A stretch of DNA of 50,840 nt, filler included, from Mitosporidium daphniae (GCF_000760515.2; 2 parts of 2 records of this genome joined end to end with filler, not necessarily neighbours in it); one strand, 5' to 3'. Counted from the whole stretch's first letter, positions 25,481-37,415 are shown. Notes: generated from the sequence alone by a model not told the origin. A program made the numbers and translations.

Positions 25481-25580
25481 NNNNNNNNNNNNNNNNNNNN
25501 NNNNNNNNNNNNNNNNNNNNNNNNTTAATTAATTAANNNNNNNNNNNNNNNNNNNNNNNNNNNNNNNNNNNNNNNNNNNN
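25481..25580. other. Artificial contig-joining spacer: 44 N + TTAATTAATTAA + 44 N
   Basis: Exactly 100 nt and symmetric; the 12-mer at 25525-25536 puts stop codons in all six frames. Confidence 0.95.
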
Positions 25581-25581
25581 G

Positions 25582-25785
25582 ACATCCAAGAAAATGGCAT
25601 ATATTTCCAGAAAAGCAGTCAATATAATTTCGATTTTTTCGTTTGCATACCTTATCTTGGTTTCTTTTCTTCTGCTTCAGACATTCTTTTTTTTCCATTC
25701 ATCACTGGAAAAAATTGTCGGCGGAGTCTTGGCAATATCCGGGCATGCTTTCCTGGTTGCAATAGATTTTCTAGATTTTGCTTAG
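25582..25785 (+). CDS. Probable 3' end of a multi-pass membrane protein gene, truncated by the gap
   Basis: Frame open from the gap edge with two hydrophobic segments (IISIFSFAYLILVSFLLL, IVGGVLAISGHAFLVAI). AATAAA lies about 13 nt after the stop. A second + frame is also open, so the call is ambiguous. Confidence 0.35.
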   Translation, partial: TSKKMAYISRKAVNIISIFSFAYLILVSFLLLQTFFFFHSSLEKIVGGVLAISGHAFLVAIDFLDFA

Positions 25786-25941
25786 CTTTATTCAAATCAA
25801 TAAAACTCGATTATTTAAAGGGCCAGCATCAAGGCTGCGTGCATTTGTATCCGGTGAGTGAGAAAATCGGTTGCGCCAAGCCGCGGCCAATTTTTGGGTT
25901 TTTTAGTCTTTAATTTCGGAAAATTTTAAGCATCGATTCCG

Positions 25942-26678
25942 ATGCCTAGCAAAGATTCTTTTAGAGGTGAAGATTCTCCTAGACAAAAGGATCGGTACGA
26001 CACCAAGGAAAGGGATCGGTACGACACCAAGCAAAGAGATCGGTACGACACCAAGCAAAGAGATCGGTACGACACCAAGGAACGGCATAATAGTGATTCC
26101 AGGGAAAGACATCATCATCATTCCAGGGAAAGATACAGGGTTTCAAGACATTCTATTGAAGGTAGAGATCATGAAGATGATGGAAAAAGGGAACGACAAC
26201 CTAAAGAAAGAAATGCATATTGTTCTTCTTCAAATTCGAGTGGTGATAAATACACAATTTCCAAAGAAGGGCCTAAAGACGTGTCTGCAAGTTATCACTT
26301 TGGCTATAAAAGATGCGATCGCGATTTTTCCGATAATTTTAGCAGTAAAAGTTCCGTTAAACTTGGACAAACATCTCGCCCCTTAAAGGATCATTTTCTT
26401 TCAAGCGAGCATCATAATTTAGCAAAGATCCAGAAATTAGAAGTAGCAGAAGATGTGGAAGAGGTGGAAGATCTAGGGTCTATTGATCCTGATATGGAGA
26501 TTATGCGATCAATGGGATTCGGCTCGTTTTCATCCACCAAGGTAGGAGATTTGTATCTAAAAATTAGGGCCAGCATGTTTTGGGAGCCGATGTTTCTGCA
26601 GTCTCCACTAGTGCCCCGTTAAAGTACCGACAATACATGAACCGAGTAAATGGGTTCAATAAACCGCTTCAAAACTGA
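25942..26678 (+). CDS. SNRNP27: U4/U6.U5 tri-snRNP 27 kDa protein, 2 exons
   Basis: R/D/S-rich N-terminus; MRSMGFGSFSSTK|GQHVLGAD...KYRQYMNRVNGFNKPL after removing intron 26542-26566 (25 nt). Confidence 0.93.
25984..26079 (+). repeat. Four 24-nt tandem repeats encoding (Q/E)(K/R)DRYDTK
   Basis: gatcggtacgacaccaag is identical in all four units. Confidence 0.95.
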
Positions 26679-26723
26679 CGCTATTTACCATTATCATGAT
26701 GATGATTTATTATTCATACAAAT

Positions 26724-29399
26724 TCAAAGCACCAAAAAACGAAAAGTTTCAACATCTCTGCAAAAGGAGCCGGTTTCTTTACACAAGGTCTCCTCAATTT
26801 TGGAGAACAGTCCAGGCAGTATTTTATCGACCATCTTAGCCATCATTATTCCATGCATTGCAAAGGATCTCTGCACAGAGCTAGCATTAACATAATCCAA
26901 CGGCTGAATTCCAGTTTTACAGCTACTTTTTATGGTAGAAAAAATGGATTCCGAATCATTTTGTGCATGAATAGTACCATTTTGTTCCAAATATAATGAA
27001 GGAATAAAATAAGCTTCGGTCCTATTGTAAATCTTTGATGCATCCTTGAAGCGGTTCCTTTGAAGCGCATTTGGGTCCAATGGGAATGTATCAATGTGCT
27101 TGAGCGCTGAAATGGGCGATTCAAAGTTTGAAGTGAGATTTTCAAATAAAGAATAGAAATTAGCAGCGCTAGGCTTTCTAGATAAGGAAGTGACATGTTG
27201 CATGGAAATTTTTGAATCAGTTTCTGCATCAAAGACAATATTGTAAATTAGCTTTTGAGCGGTATAAGTAAGATGGACCGGGAAAGAGGGAAGCCGACTA
27301 TCGGAACTTAAAGAACAATTTCGCGTATCAAATCTAGACATAGAAGCATAAGCGAGGGCTTCTAAACTTCCAAGACCCTTCTGCCCATAATAAATTGAAG
27401 AAAATAAATTCATGTCATACACAATATTTTTGTCAAGTCTCAATGGTAAAGTAATCCAAACAGGCAGTGGAGACAGGGGCGAGTGTATATCTAAAGTAAG
27501 AGCGGCGTCAGCCGTTAAGGGCATGCCAATCGATTCTTTAGAAGATTGAATCCAATAGGAAATAAGAAGTGACATATTATCATCAATTGGAATGTCAAGC
27601 AAAGACATGGTATCAAAAACAAGAAAAAGCGGCACTGAACGAATTAGCATGGAGACTTCTTTCGCAAACATCGAGCAAAAAGAATTTGAATTCCAAAAAT
27701 CATTTCTTAACGACGGATAGGCTACAACAAAACTGTGGAAAAACAAAAAATCATCAAAAGATGACCGAGAATTAAGAAACTCCGTGCACCTATTGGACAA
27801 ATACTTTAGAGACTCGAGCTTTAACAGGCCGTTGATTGTGTTAAAGGCAGTAATTTTGAAAACCTCCGCTTTTAAGATGTGGAAATTTATCGCAAGGGTT
27901 GCTGCAGAAATGGCAAGCGAATATGGGTTCGTCAAATCAAGTGTACTCAGTTGGCTATTCAGAAAATATTGACAAACATCGTCAGAAAGCAACAGTTTGC
28001 TCAACTCGGCTATAGAGCTGCAGGATCGCAAGGCCATGCGCCCTTTTATCAAAATCATAGATAGGACATCGGTTTGTTGCACACCTTTCGAAGGGAAATT
28101 AATAGATGAGCGTTGAAAATATTCAGCAAGCTTTGATTGGTTTGACACCGGTATCGACCAGAATCTGGGATTACTTTCATATTCCACTTTCAGTTTTTCC
28201 AGACCTTTAAGGTCAAAGAGAAGGGGGGGCAGTTTCTTTGCGCTTGAAAAGCTGCAGCTTATATTTGACTGATTGGCCAGAGAGTGGCCAATTAGCAAGC
28301 TGCTGATGTTATTGATAAATGAGTGGATCCCCTTAATTCTGTTCGTATTTCTCAACTTACTAGATTCCCCATTAGATAATTCTTGGATTGAATTTCCAGA
28401 AAAAAGACGGGCAACCCAGGAATGTTGAGACATCTTAAACAGAGTTGGTCCAGAGTCGGAATAGCTATTTACCTTGATTTCTTCCCATGGAGACAGATGC
28501 CAAAGCGTGTTATTTCGGGGGAAACCAAGTCTCCAAAGCAGATCAAGCTTCGGCCTTCTTCCATATCTAAAATTTGGATGGAACGTTAAATTTGAATCAC
28601 TTCGAAATATAACTTGCGGCTCACCAAAGGCAGAGGAAGAGTTGATGAACTTTACCTTTTCATCATCCAAAAGCATGCTGTTGTTGAGCATCCTAACCAT
28701 TGGAAGCACGAAATAAGATTGCGAATCCGGAAAGCTTGCAATATTCTTATGCAGCTCCTTGCTTAATTGGTCCATCGACTCGGGCGTCATAAAACAATTT
28801 CCATCAAAGACCATTGTCCACGTGGCATTGATAGTTTTACCCAATTCGATTGCAACATTTCTCCCACCATTGTTGTTAATGGCATACAAGTTTTTGGAAT
28901 GGTAAATGTGGTCGATGCCGCTTAACCTCGTGGCTGGCGAGAGTCGGAAAAACAATGGGGAATGCAGAAAATCGGTGATCTGGAATTTGTTTACATCAAA
29001 AGCAGATCTTTTGTACACCTCATAGTCGAAGGGGATGATTCTGTACGCTTGATTATATTCTGTCAAAAGCGACTCGATTCTTTTTCTTTTGGCGTTATCA
29101 AATATTCTATTTAGGATCCAAAACTTGTATATTCGCAATGAGGAAAAATCTGATTCGTGTTCCAATACGAACTTTAGATTTAGAATTGTCTGCTCATGGG
29201 TATGTCTTGGGGGGAGATCGTTTCCAATAATCCGGATATAAATAGCAAATATATTTTCATTTGGGATCAAGTTCCACTTCATGGAAGAAAAGTGTCCAAA
29301 AGAATATTGTTGTACGCCCTTAGCCCCATACAATAACACGATAAACAGGATGCTTGAGATCTTGGGAAAAAGACCAAAAAGACTGTCTTTCTTTGACAT
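26724..29399 (-). CDS. Uncharacterised signal-anchored protein with a putative GT-A-like glycosyltransferase domain (RIIGNDLPPRH family)
   Basis: Intronless 891-aa ORF with N-terminal hydrophobic anchor. Motifs RIIGNDLPPRH, NLYAINNNGGRNVA, WTMVFDGNCF, EPQVIFR, YGRRPKLDLLWRLG, WVARLFSG. The function is inferred. Confidence 0.8.
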   Translation of the reverse strand: MSKKDSLFGLFPKISSILFIVLLYGAKGVQQYSFGHFSSMKWNLIPNENIFAIYIRIIGNDLPPRHTHEQTILNLKFVLEHESDFSSLRIYKFWILNRIFDNAKRKRIESLLTEYNQAYRIIPFDYEVYKRSAFDVNKFQITDFLHSPLFFRLSPATRLSGIDHIYHSKNLYAINNNGGRNVAIELGKTINATWTMVFDGNCFMTPESMDQLSKELHKNIASFPDSQSYFVLPMVRMLNNSMLLDDEKVKFINSSSAFGEPQVIFRSDSNLTFHPNFRYGRRPKLDLLWRLGFPRNNTLWHLSPWEEIKVNSYSDSGPTLFKMSQHSWVARLFSGNSIQELSNGESSKLRNTNRIKGIHSFINNISSLLIGHSLANQSNISCSFSSAKKLPPLLFDLKGLEKLKVEYESNPRFWSIPVSNQSKLAEYFQRSSINFPSKGVQQTDVLSMILIKGRMALRSCSSIAELSKLLLSDDVCQYFLNSQLSTLDLTNPYSLAISAATLAINFHILKAEVFKITAFNTINGLLKLESLKYLSNRCTEFLNSRSSFDDFLFFHSFVVAYPSLRNDFWNSNSFCSMFAKEVSMLIRSVPLFLVFDTMSLLDIPIDDNMSLLISYWIQSSKESIGMPLTADAALTLDIHSPLSPLPVWITLPLRLDKNIVYDMNLFSSIYYGQKGLGSLEALAYASMSRFDTRNCSLSSDSRLPSFPVHLTYTAQKLIYNIVFDAETDSKISMQHVTSLSRKPSAANFYSLFENLTSNFESPISALKHIDTFPLDPNALQRNRFKDASKIYNRTEAYFIPSLYLEQNGTIHAQNDSESIFSTIKSSCKTGIQPLDYVNASSVQRSFAMHGIMMAKMVDKILPGLFSKIEETLCKETGSFCRDVETFRFLVL

Positions 29400-29564
29400 G
29401 GATACTAAAAAATTATCCCTACCAATAAATAATTACGGAGCCTCAAAATCACGTCGACACATAATGTTTTGATCAATGGGAGACCAAAAGGGAAGTCTCC
29501 GTTCAATTGGCCCCAAGAGCCGAAACCAGACCAAAAGTAACACTCCGAGTTTGTAATTTTGAAA

Positions 29565-32500
29565 ATGCAATCTTCTGACCTTGGTATGCTCTCAAATTTA
29601 CATTTTTGATTTATAGAAGAGGCGCTGGATGACGAGTTCTATAGCCTATCTGCAGACCAGGATACTTGCAAGCTTTCCTTTGAGAATGACGACATCCAGG
29701 AGAATAAATCAGAGTCGTTGAATGATAACCATCATACGCTGTCTTCTCTGTGTCAGGAGATAAGTCATGTTTCGAATTTTAAAAACTCAAATTTCGCGAA
29801 CTTCTTACAAGAATGCTCCATCAGGCAAGATGATGAATTCTCTTGGCTCGAAGAAGAGCACCGTGACGAGGAAGAGGCACATGGGCCCCCCAAAAGAAAG
29901 GCATTTCACTTTTATTTTTATTTGAAGGGAAAATCAAAGAAGAAAAAAAGAGATGATGATGTCGACATTTCGTCGTCATCGACGCCATATTTGTCTGCTG
30001 AATGTTCTAAAATAATGTGCCAAGCTAACAGTAATTTTGTATCGAAAAACTATCCGGCTGCCATTGATGGATATTTAAATGTCATACGGATAGCGCCCAA
30101 TACGCACGAGGCATATTCTACGCTTGGGATTATTTACAAAGAAATGGGGGAGTCCATCAAGGCATTCAATTATGCCCTGATCTCGCTTCATCTTTCTGAA
30201 AGCGACTCTTTGGATGGATCGTGTTGGCGCAAATTGGCGCTCGAAGCCATCTCCCTTTCGCTATCTACCGAGGCAATCTATTGCTTTAATAGAGCCATTA
30301 GGCGGGATTGGAAAGATATTTCTTCAATTTGGATAAGGATGCTTTTATTTCATGAAAGAAGGGACCGTCGAAGGGTGGCAGACAGCTGTGTCTTGCTTTT
30401 GAAAAGCTCTCCATTTCATCCTTTAATTTTAAGGCTGTTGATTCACATTCATTTAGCCCTCAATGAGCCTATAAGGTTAGTAGGGATCTTGGAAAGCATG
30501 CTGTTGACTTCTTCTGCAAGCATCTCACGTTGGACTTATTTCCACTTGAGATTTTTATGCCGTCTTTATGTCCACCTGAATGACTATGGAAGATTATTTT
30601 CGGCTTTACCCGGAGTCATCATTTGGATGAGAAAATCGTTTTCGGACTTTCCTTGCTCGCCATTGAAAGAAGATGACCCTGTGAGCGCGATAATCTGTAA
30701 AGAATCCATTAATTATGAAGTTGGAACAATGTTTTGCGAGTTGAACTCTCTTTGTTCGCCATTTGATTCCATATTCCATGGTTCGTTAGTCAATGATCTT
30801 CCGATCTCGACAAGTGTCTCTGAAGATGGCAGTTTGAACATTTTCGCATACGAGCAACAGATTCTAAGCAAAGAAGACCGGTCTCTACGACCTGTCGACG
30901 TAGAGGCGGAGAAAGGAGAGCTTATACTGGCCGATCCATTGGCTTATCGTTCAAGCTGGTTCGATTACATGCCTATGGATATTCAAGCCTATTACTTATC
31001 ATCAGCCATATATGCTAACATGAACCATTACTTTGAGGTAGCCATTGCATATTTACTTTTAGACACTTTGGAAAGTGTTCAAGTCAAAATACGAGTCATC
31101 CTCACCAGAAGTAATATCTCGTTTAGCTATCGAATATGGAAAGTCAAAATTCGAGCTCCATGATCTGGTTGGAGCTGCCAATCTTTTTACTTCTGTTTCG
31201 GCAGAATCTGATCAATACATTTCTGCCCAATGCTATCTTGCAAGATCTTATCGCCAACTTGATATGGAGCCGGAGGCAATTCGTATTTTCAGCTCCATAT
31301 TATCACTGGATCCTCTTTGCGACGATGCAAATGTTTCCTTGGCTGAAATCTATGCATCTCATGGCGACTCTTTGAGATCACAATTCCATGCTGCAAAAGT
31401 TGCCTCTCTACTTAACCCTCAAGACATCGGTGGGGGCAAAGATACATCTGGTTGTTTAAAAATTTCGGTTGCCGAATTATTTCGGAAATTATCGCATATT
31501 GAAGAGGAGAGCCCTGAAACCGAAGACGAGGATTCTCTAAATCTGCCCAGCCAAGATGAAGCAAAAGGATCCCTTATAGCCTCGTTTCCTAATAGAAGCG
31601 ATTCAAGGCGTCCCAGAAGACCGCGTATTTCGGCGCTCAATACCAGTCTTTTGAAATGCTCCAAACCCATTTATGTGTTTGAGAGCATAGTTCCCTTTCG
31701 AATTGGAGATCAAAACTTCCCATTTGTCAGGGCAATCTCTTACACCAGATATGATGAACAGGGCTGCAAGCAAGTAAGACTGCTTTACAAACGATCTCTG
31801 CTTCTTTTGGCGTCCGTGTCAAAGAACGAGTTTCTGATGGCAGCTGGTCTTTTGGTTTCCGACTTTATCAACAATGGCCATTTCTATCGAGAAGGCCATG
31901 GGGAATTGAGGACATTTTCGTCGCGTTCGTTGCGTAAGGTCAGAAAGGATCTAGCTTTGAATGTATACCAGGATCCAGAGATCTTCACCATCATCCATGC
32001 ACTTTCTAGAGACATTTGCCCTGAGGAAGGTAACCGAGGACTCCGAGAAACCCTTTTACAGGCCTGCCATGGACTGACCGTTCAGGAGTGGTTTGACATC
32101 ATTTTCAAGGTTTCCATGCTTTTGATACCCAATGTAGTTTTCTAAAACGGCCGTTGAATTAAGCGACCACAAGTCGGCTCTCGCAGCGTTGGTTCATGCT
32201 TCATCGTCAAATATTTTCTATTATCGGAACGAATACAAGCTGATTCTTCTGTGTTCCATCCTTACCATCGGGTATCTTACAAACGACATTCATGCTGTCG
32301 GGAAAATCATTCGTGTCTTTTTGTTCTTGAACCCCAGATCGACATCCTATGACTACTTGTGCTCGTATTTTTTGTTGTCCCTGGGCCTGTTTTCGCACGA
32401 CTTGGTGACCAACGCAAGCAATTTGAAGTTTTTCCTTCGAAATGAAAAACGGCCAGTCATCTCGGCCCATTGCTCATCTTTTGCTGCCACCTTGTGTGCA

Positions 32501-32961
32501 CACTCCTATTTGGCATCAAAGAGTTATGGAGATGCTCTTATTTACTATGAAAAAGCTCTACAAAACGCCCCAAACCATCCTTTGTTGCTATTGTGCATTG
32601 CAACGACCCATCTGCTCAAATCCATACAAAGGGTCTCTCCAAATCCACAGGCCCAATTTCTGCAAGTACGAGGGGATGCATGATCACTAATTATTAGGGT
32701 CTTTCTTTCATGATGAAATATGCTGCAATTAGAACCGCCAGCACTCCAATAGAGGTAGCCTATAATCTTGGACGGTTTTTTGACCATGTTGGGATGCACT
32801 CCCGCTCTGTATTTTACTATGAAAAGGCGCTAAATTTAGCGCCCATTTGCTCCGACAACCACATCACGCTTTTTTATGCGAGGCAAAATTTAAGTTTGGC
32901 TTATTTGCGCTCTGGGAACATTAAATTGGCTTCTAATTGCATTAAACAAAATATTTTTTAA
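29565..32961 (+). CDS. TFC4: TFIIIC TPR subunit Tfc4/tau131/GTF3C3, at least 5 exons
   Basis: Acidic N-terminus, then TPRs (QANSNFV..NYPAAI...VIRIAPNTHEAYSTLGIIYKEMG; EAIYCFNRAIR) and C-terminal EVAYNLGRFFDHVG...FYYEKAL...NLSLAYLRSGN. Introns at 29584-29616, 31038-31062, 32110-32137 and 32666-32697; possible GC-AG intron at 29901-29927. Confidence 0.88.
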
Positions 32962-32962
32962 A

Positions 32963-34380
32963 ATGCATACAATTTTCACCACCAAATTTAAACTCATTGT
33001 TTCTGCTGCCACCTGTTCAAGACTGAACGATGCTGTCAAATTCTATGCAATCTTGAGGGAGATCAACATTGAGGGCATGAAAGCACAGTACCTTCAAATC
33101 CCCCATTCCAAGCCTCCAAGCACGGTTTTCATCACTGCAAGGACAATTTTTGGCAACCTGTCGGCCAGGAATGTCCTATCAAACGCCTTTTTGCCGCAAA
33201 ATTACCCGAGCTCCGTATTTCCTCAGTATATGCCCTTTATAAAATGGCTATTCTTTCAAAATGTTATGGGCGCCGCCATCTGCGGTATTTAATGTTGCTA
33301 ACAATAGTGATGTCGACTCAGTCTCTTTTGTTGGCCATTGGACTTGGTGCGTCCAGCTCGTTAAAAGTTGCAGCCACGTTCCAATGGGTCATAAAGGATG
33401 CCCTTGGTCAAATAGGCGGCATTTTGGCGGCCGGGGTTTTGGGTAATTTTGCCCCACATATTTGATAGGGAAAAGGTTTGATTTGGATACAAAACGGCTT
33501 CGGTTCCTGTGCGTTTTGGGCCTGGGTGTGGCTAGCTTTGTCGAAATTTCCACGCTATATTGGCCATCGTATTTCCTAGTCTTAGGAGGCTGTGCAAACT
33601 TCAGTATTTCCTTGCTGTTTTATTGTAGTAAAAAATATTTGTTGGGTAATCTCATCGGCAACAAGGGCGTCCATTTTGAGGGCATTTTCGAGGGAAGAAA
33701 ATCTTGGCGATCTGACTGCCAAGTATGCATCCCAATCTACAGCGGCCAGTTTACTGGGAACTGGTCTTGGGCTCGGCGTCTCTCATTTGTTTTCACTATC
33801 GACCTTTTCAAGTTTCTCGCTAACTTATGTCCCTTTCAGCATTGGGCTTTTATGTGGACTCTACAAAACAACCCTGTATATTAGAGTGACCAACTTGAAA
33901 TTTGCGAGTCTGGTGTGCATTTTTTGTGATTTTGAACGGCAGGCCAAAACGTCTGTGTCAGATGATTTGCATGTGCTTCACGGCTTTTTAAAAAATTACA
34001 ATTTAATTTCTCCAGATTCAATCCACAACTTTCAATTGGCTCCTCCACAAAGGCTTTGTATAAACTACCCCATTTCGAATCTTGATGGGTTGTCACAAGA
34101 TATCTGCATTTTTGACTCGGATTCTTTTTTGCTTTGCAAGCATCTGTACTCTTCAAAAACATATTTATGGATTAAAGAGCACGCATCGTTTCGGCAAGTG
34201 GTGGAATCTGTGGTGTACTCGCTCTTCTTTGATGCATGGAACTTTGCGCCCGATGTTTCCCACATTCTGGTCAGGTTATTTGTACAAAAACTTGTGACAG
34301 AATCTTTTTGGAACCTGGAGTCTTTTGTCCCGCTATCGCCTGAGCTGAGTCAAATATGTTTTCTAAAATCTATTGGCTAA
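32963..34380 (+). CDS. RUS1: RUS1/DUF647 (RUSF1/C16orf58) family membrane protein, 4 exons
   Basis: FLPQNYPSSV..Y...W, STQSLLLAIG, WVIKDALGQIG, FDLDTKRLRF, SATRAS...ENLGDLTAK..SQ. Introns at 33285-33307 (23 nt), 33443-33468 (26 nt) and 33604-33628 (25 nt). The start codon is uncertain. Confidence 0.9.
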
Positions 34381-34580
34381 TCTCAATTATGTTAATTTTG
34401 AACGCAATTATTTCACTATTGCTAATTTTTAAAATTATGACAAATAATTTTGAATTTAATTTAACGCACCTCAATGGAGGGGCGGCTTGATTAAAAGCTA
34501 TTAGATTTTATTTTAATAAAGCTAGTTAGGCATGCCTTTGTGAAGCATTGAAAATCTGAAAGCTCAAGATGTCAGTGGCA

Positions 34581-35528
34581 TTAGTTACAATTATTGTCCG
34601 AATGAAGCGCACAAATAAACTCAAATATGATTTGGTTTGGATCGGGATTCATTTTTGAATAGTGGTCCATAGCTACGCGCAAAAGCGAAGATTTTGAGGC
34701 AGTCGGACGAATAGATAATTTATAAACTTTCCTGTATCTACGAAGAGCTTCTAAATTTAGAAACTCAATAGGTTGCGGGTACTTCTTTTTATACAAATTT
34801 GCAGATTTCCTTTTTGGCAAGGCAAAGTCTGAGGTTCCTGAGGCCCTTTGCTGTCGAGGCGAAAGCATTTGAGAAGGATATCCCTTAAGTGCAGACGATA
34901 ACTCTGGAGTTTGATGATGGCGTTCAGATTGTCTTCGTACTAATGTCCCTTCAGATAGCTTTTTTAGCAATGCTCGTTTTCCAAGAGGACTAGGCTTTTT
35001 CTTTTTAAAGCTGTTATATTCAGATAGCAGTACAAACGAGGAAGCTGATGAATTGAGAGAAGTGGAGGAAGCAGATGAAGAAGATGCCGATGATGGCGAC
35101 GATGGTGAAATTTGCGGTGATAGTGTTGCTGATAAGGATGTTGTCTCGTTTTGATCTTCAAATTTGTTTGGCAATTTTACAGGTGCCTCTTGAAAAAGAT
35201 CAGTTTTATCACTTTCGTGCGTTATTTTACACTTATCCGGCTCGTTTTGCGAAAATTCAGAGCCTGGTTTTTCAGTCGCTAACGCAATGAAATTTCGAGC
35301 TGCTGATTCTCTATTAGCAAGTAGCTCATTTAAATTAGGAGATGTCGACCTTGAATCAGATGGAGAAGTGATAGATATGTGTTTCCCATAATGCGAAATT
35401 ATCTCTGCAGATGGAGAAAATGCTTCGGGTTGTCGAAAGGATTCCATTGGATGACAATGCTCATCTGCTACAAATTCGGACCTTATATTTGAATAGTCTT
35501 TTGTTTTAAACGTGATCTTCGTTGCCAT
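34581..35528 (-). CDS. Protein with a C-terminal SAP30-like Sin3-binding domain and Ser-rich disordered N-terminus
   Basis: C-terminal LNLEALRRYRKVYKL..RPTASKSSLLRVAMDHY...NQIIFEFI resembles the SAP30 Sin3-binding domain. First ATG at 35528. Confidence 0.7.
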   Translation of the reverse strand: MATKITFKTKDYSNIRSEFVADEHCHPMESFRQPEAFSPSAEIISHYGKHISITSPSDSRSTSPNLNELLANRESAARNFIALATEKPGSEFSQNEPDKCKITHESDKTDLFQEAPVKLPNKFEDQNETTSLSATLSPQISPSSPSSASSSSASSTSLNSSASSFVLLSEYNSFKKKKPSPLGKRALLKKLSEGTLVRRQSERHHQTPELSSALKGYPSQMLSPRQQRASGTSDFALPKRKSANLYKKKYPQPIEFLNLEALRRYRKVYKLSIRPTASKSSLLRVAMDHYSKMNPDPNQIIFEFICALHSDNNCN

Positions 35529-35841
35529 CTTATTTGTGATATTTTCTTTATAATAAAAGTACAAGGATTTAATGCCAATTTACGGTCTTCTTCACGGATA
35601 AGAATCAATTGAAAATATGTTGTTAAGATGAGTATGTAAAATAATAATTGGTCAAGCTTGGTATTCACATTCGCACCTCAATTATTGGCTGATTAGAAAT
35701 GATTGTGATTTGATTACAACATTTCAACTAGCCATGAATTAATTTATGTGGTGCTTTTTTAGATTTAAAAATACTTTACTTGGATAAATTTTACATGCAT
35801 CGGAACAAAAAATGGCACTGCAAGACACGGCAGGGGGATTT

Positions 35842-37415
35842 TCATTTTAGCGGGGCTACTTTGGAATTATTGAGTTTCAATGCTTTGCGGGTTTCTTCGA
35901 CACGATTGCAATTGCACGGAGATTTGATGCAAGAGACACATTTTTTTGCGTAACTCTTGTTCTTTCCAAGAATCTTTGCCCAAAACGATGTGTGTTTGGG
36001 CTTACACGGAGACTGCGAGCTATTTACATCCTCTATGCGATCAAAAATTACACAAGAGGACGAATCCGTTTTATCCTCTGCGCCCTGTTCACTTTTGTCG
36101 TGTAGCAGGAAATTTTCAAAGGTCTTTTTGCCTTCCATTCTTTTTCGATGGAGCCATTCATAGTGGAGATGATATAAATTTTTGATGGGCGATCTTTGAT
36201 TGTTTTTGAATTCATGGTAGTATTCGTATTTTGAATAGCCCAGTGAAATTAGCTCTTGTAGAGTTTCTTCATCCAAAACGTCGAGTATGTTTGGGCGGTA
36301 GGGGACACCAGAGACTGGGCCGTATTTGTAGCCCAGAATCGTCCAAGGATGGTTTTTGATTTCCTCCAGGGTGGCTCTTCGCCGAGGGTGAATGTCTAGC
36401 ATGCGAGAGAGCAGCGAAATTGCATCGGATGACAAGTAAAAAGGTGTCCCATAGCTTCCTTTGGCAATGGACGCATACAAATCCGTAATGGTGGCACCTT
36501 GAAAGGGCAATCCTCCAGTAATCATCATATAAAGAATGACGCCCAAAGACCATACATCGACCTCGGGCCCCACATATTCAATGCCTTGAGTCATTTCGGG
36601 GGCAGCGTAGAAAGGAGACCCGCAAAAGGTATTGAGAAATCCATGCTCATTCCATGTATTTCCAAAGCCAAAATCAATCAACTTGACCGTCCTGCAATCA
36701 GCATCCTTCATCAGCAGGTTTTCGGGCTTCAAATCGCGATGAACAATGCTTGACTACATGGGTTATGATGGCCATCTTGTGCCTACCTCGTGGCAATAAT
36801 CGACGGCGGAAACTATTTGCCTGAAAAAAGACCTTGCCTCAAGTTCAGATAATTTCCCTTTCGACGTAATATAGTCATGAAGCTCCCCTTTGGTGCAGTG
36901 TTCCATGATGATGTAAGTGGTCGGCTTGGTCTCCACGATATCTATGATTTTGACAATATTTGGGTGGTGCAATATTTTTAAAAGCCTAAGCTCTCTCGAC
37001 ACATTTTTCTTTTCCCTCGAGCTCTTGAGGGCGGTCATATCGATCCTTTTTATGGCAAACTAAACAATCAGATTGCAATGGTTACATATTCTCCAGAATT
37101 TCTATGTTTGACCAGATAGACTTTTCCAAACGTGCCCTTGCCGAGCTCTGACACAATTTCATAGTAAATGTCTATGACTGGCTCTCCGAAGGCTTTGAAG
37201 AATGGAGATGCCGTTTCTGTGAGGAAATATGAGGCCGGATGAAGCGATTCCAGCTTTTCCTCGATTTTTAACGGCACATTTTTAATGAGGTCCCTGTTTT
37301 TCCGCGGTGGGCTTTGGGGTGAAGAGGGTGCGGCCAAATTTTGGTCCCTAATGGATCTCTCAATCCTTTGGGCAAGTGTTGAGGGTTGGGTTAGCGAGGG
37401 GTTGACTGTTTTCAT
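35842..37415 (-). CDS. CAMK-group Ser/Thr kinase (KIN1/MARK/SNF1-related), 3 exons
   Basis: LGKGTFGKV, FAIK, HPNIVK, EARSFFRQIVSAVDYCH, IVHRDLKPEN, DFG, TFCGSPFYAAPE, YVGPEVDVWSLG. Introns at 37060-37085 (26 nt) and 36754-36786 (33 nt). Confidence 0.93.

Noticed and set aside
25525..25536. Palindromic TTAATTAATTAA within N runs
   Set aside because: Synthetic six-frame stop spacer used to join contigs; not biological.
34465..35682. 11-nt direct repeat CGCACCTCAAT flanking the intronless SAP30-like gene (possible target-site duplication)
   Set aside because: No poly(A) remnant or element ends, and one such match is plausible by chance across the many intergenic pairs examined.
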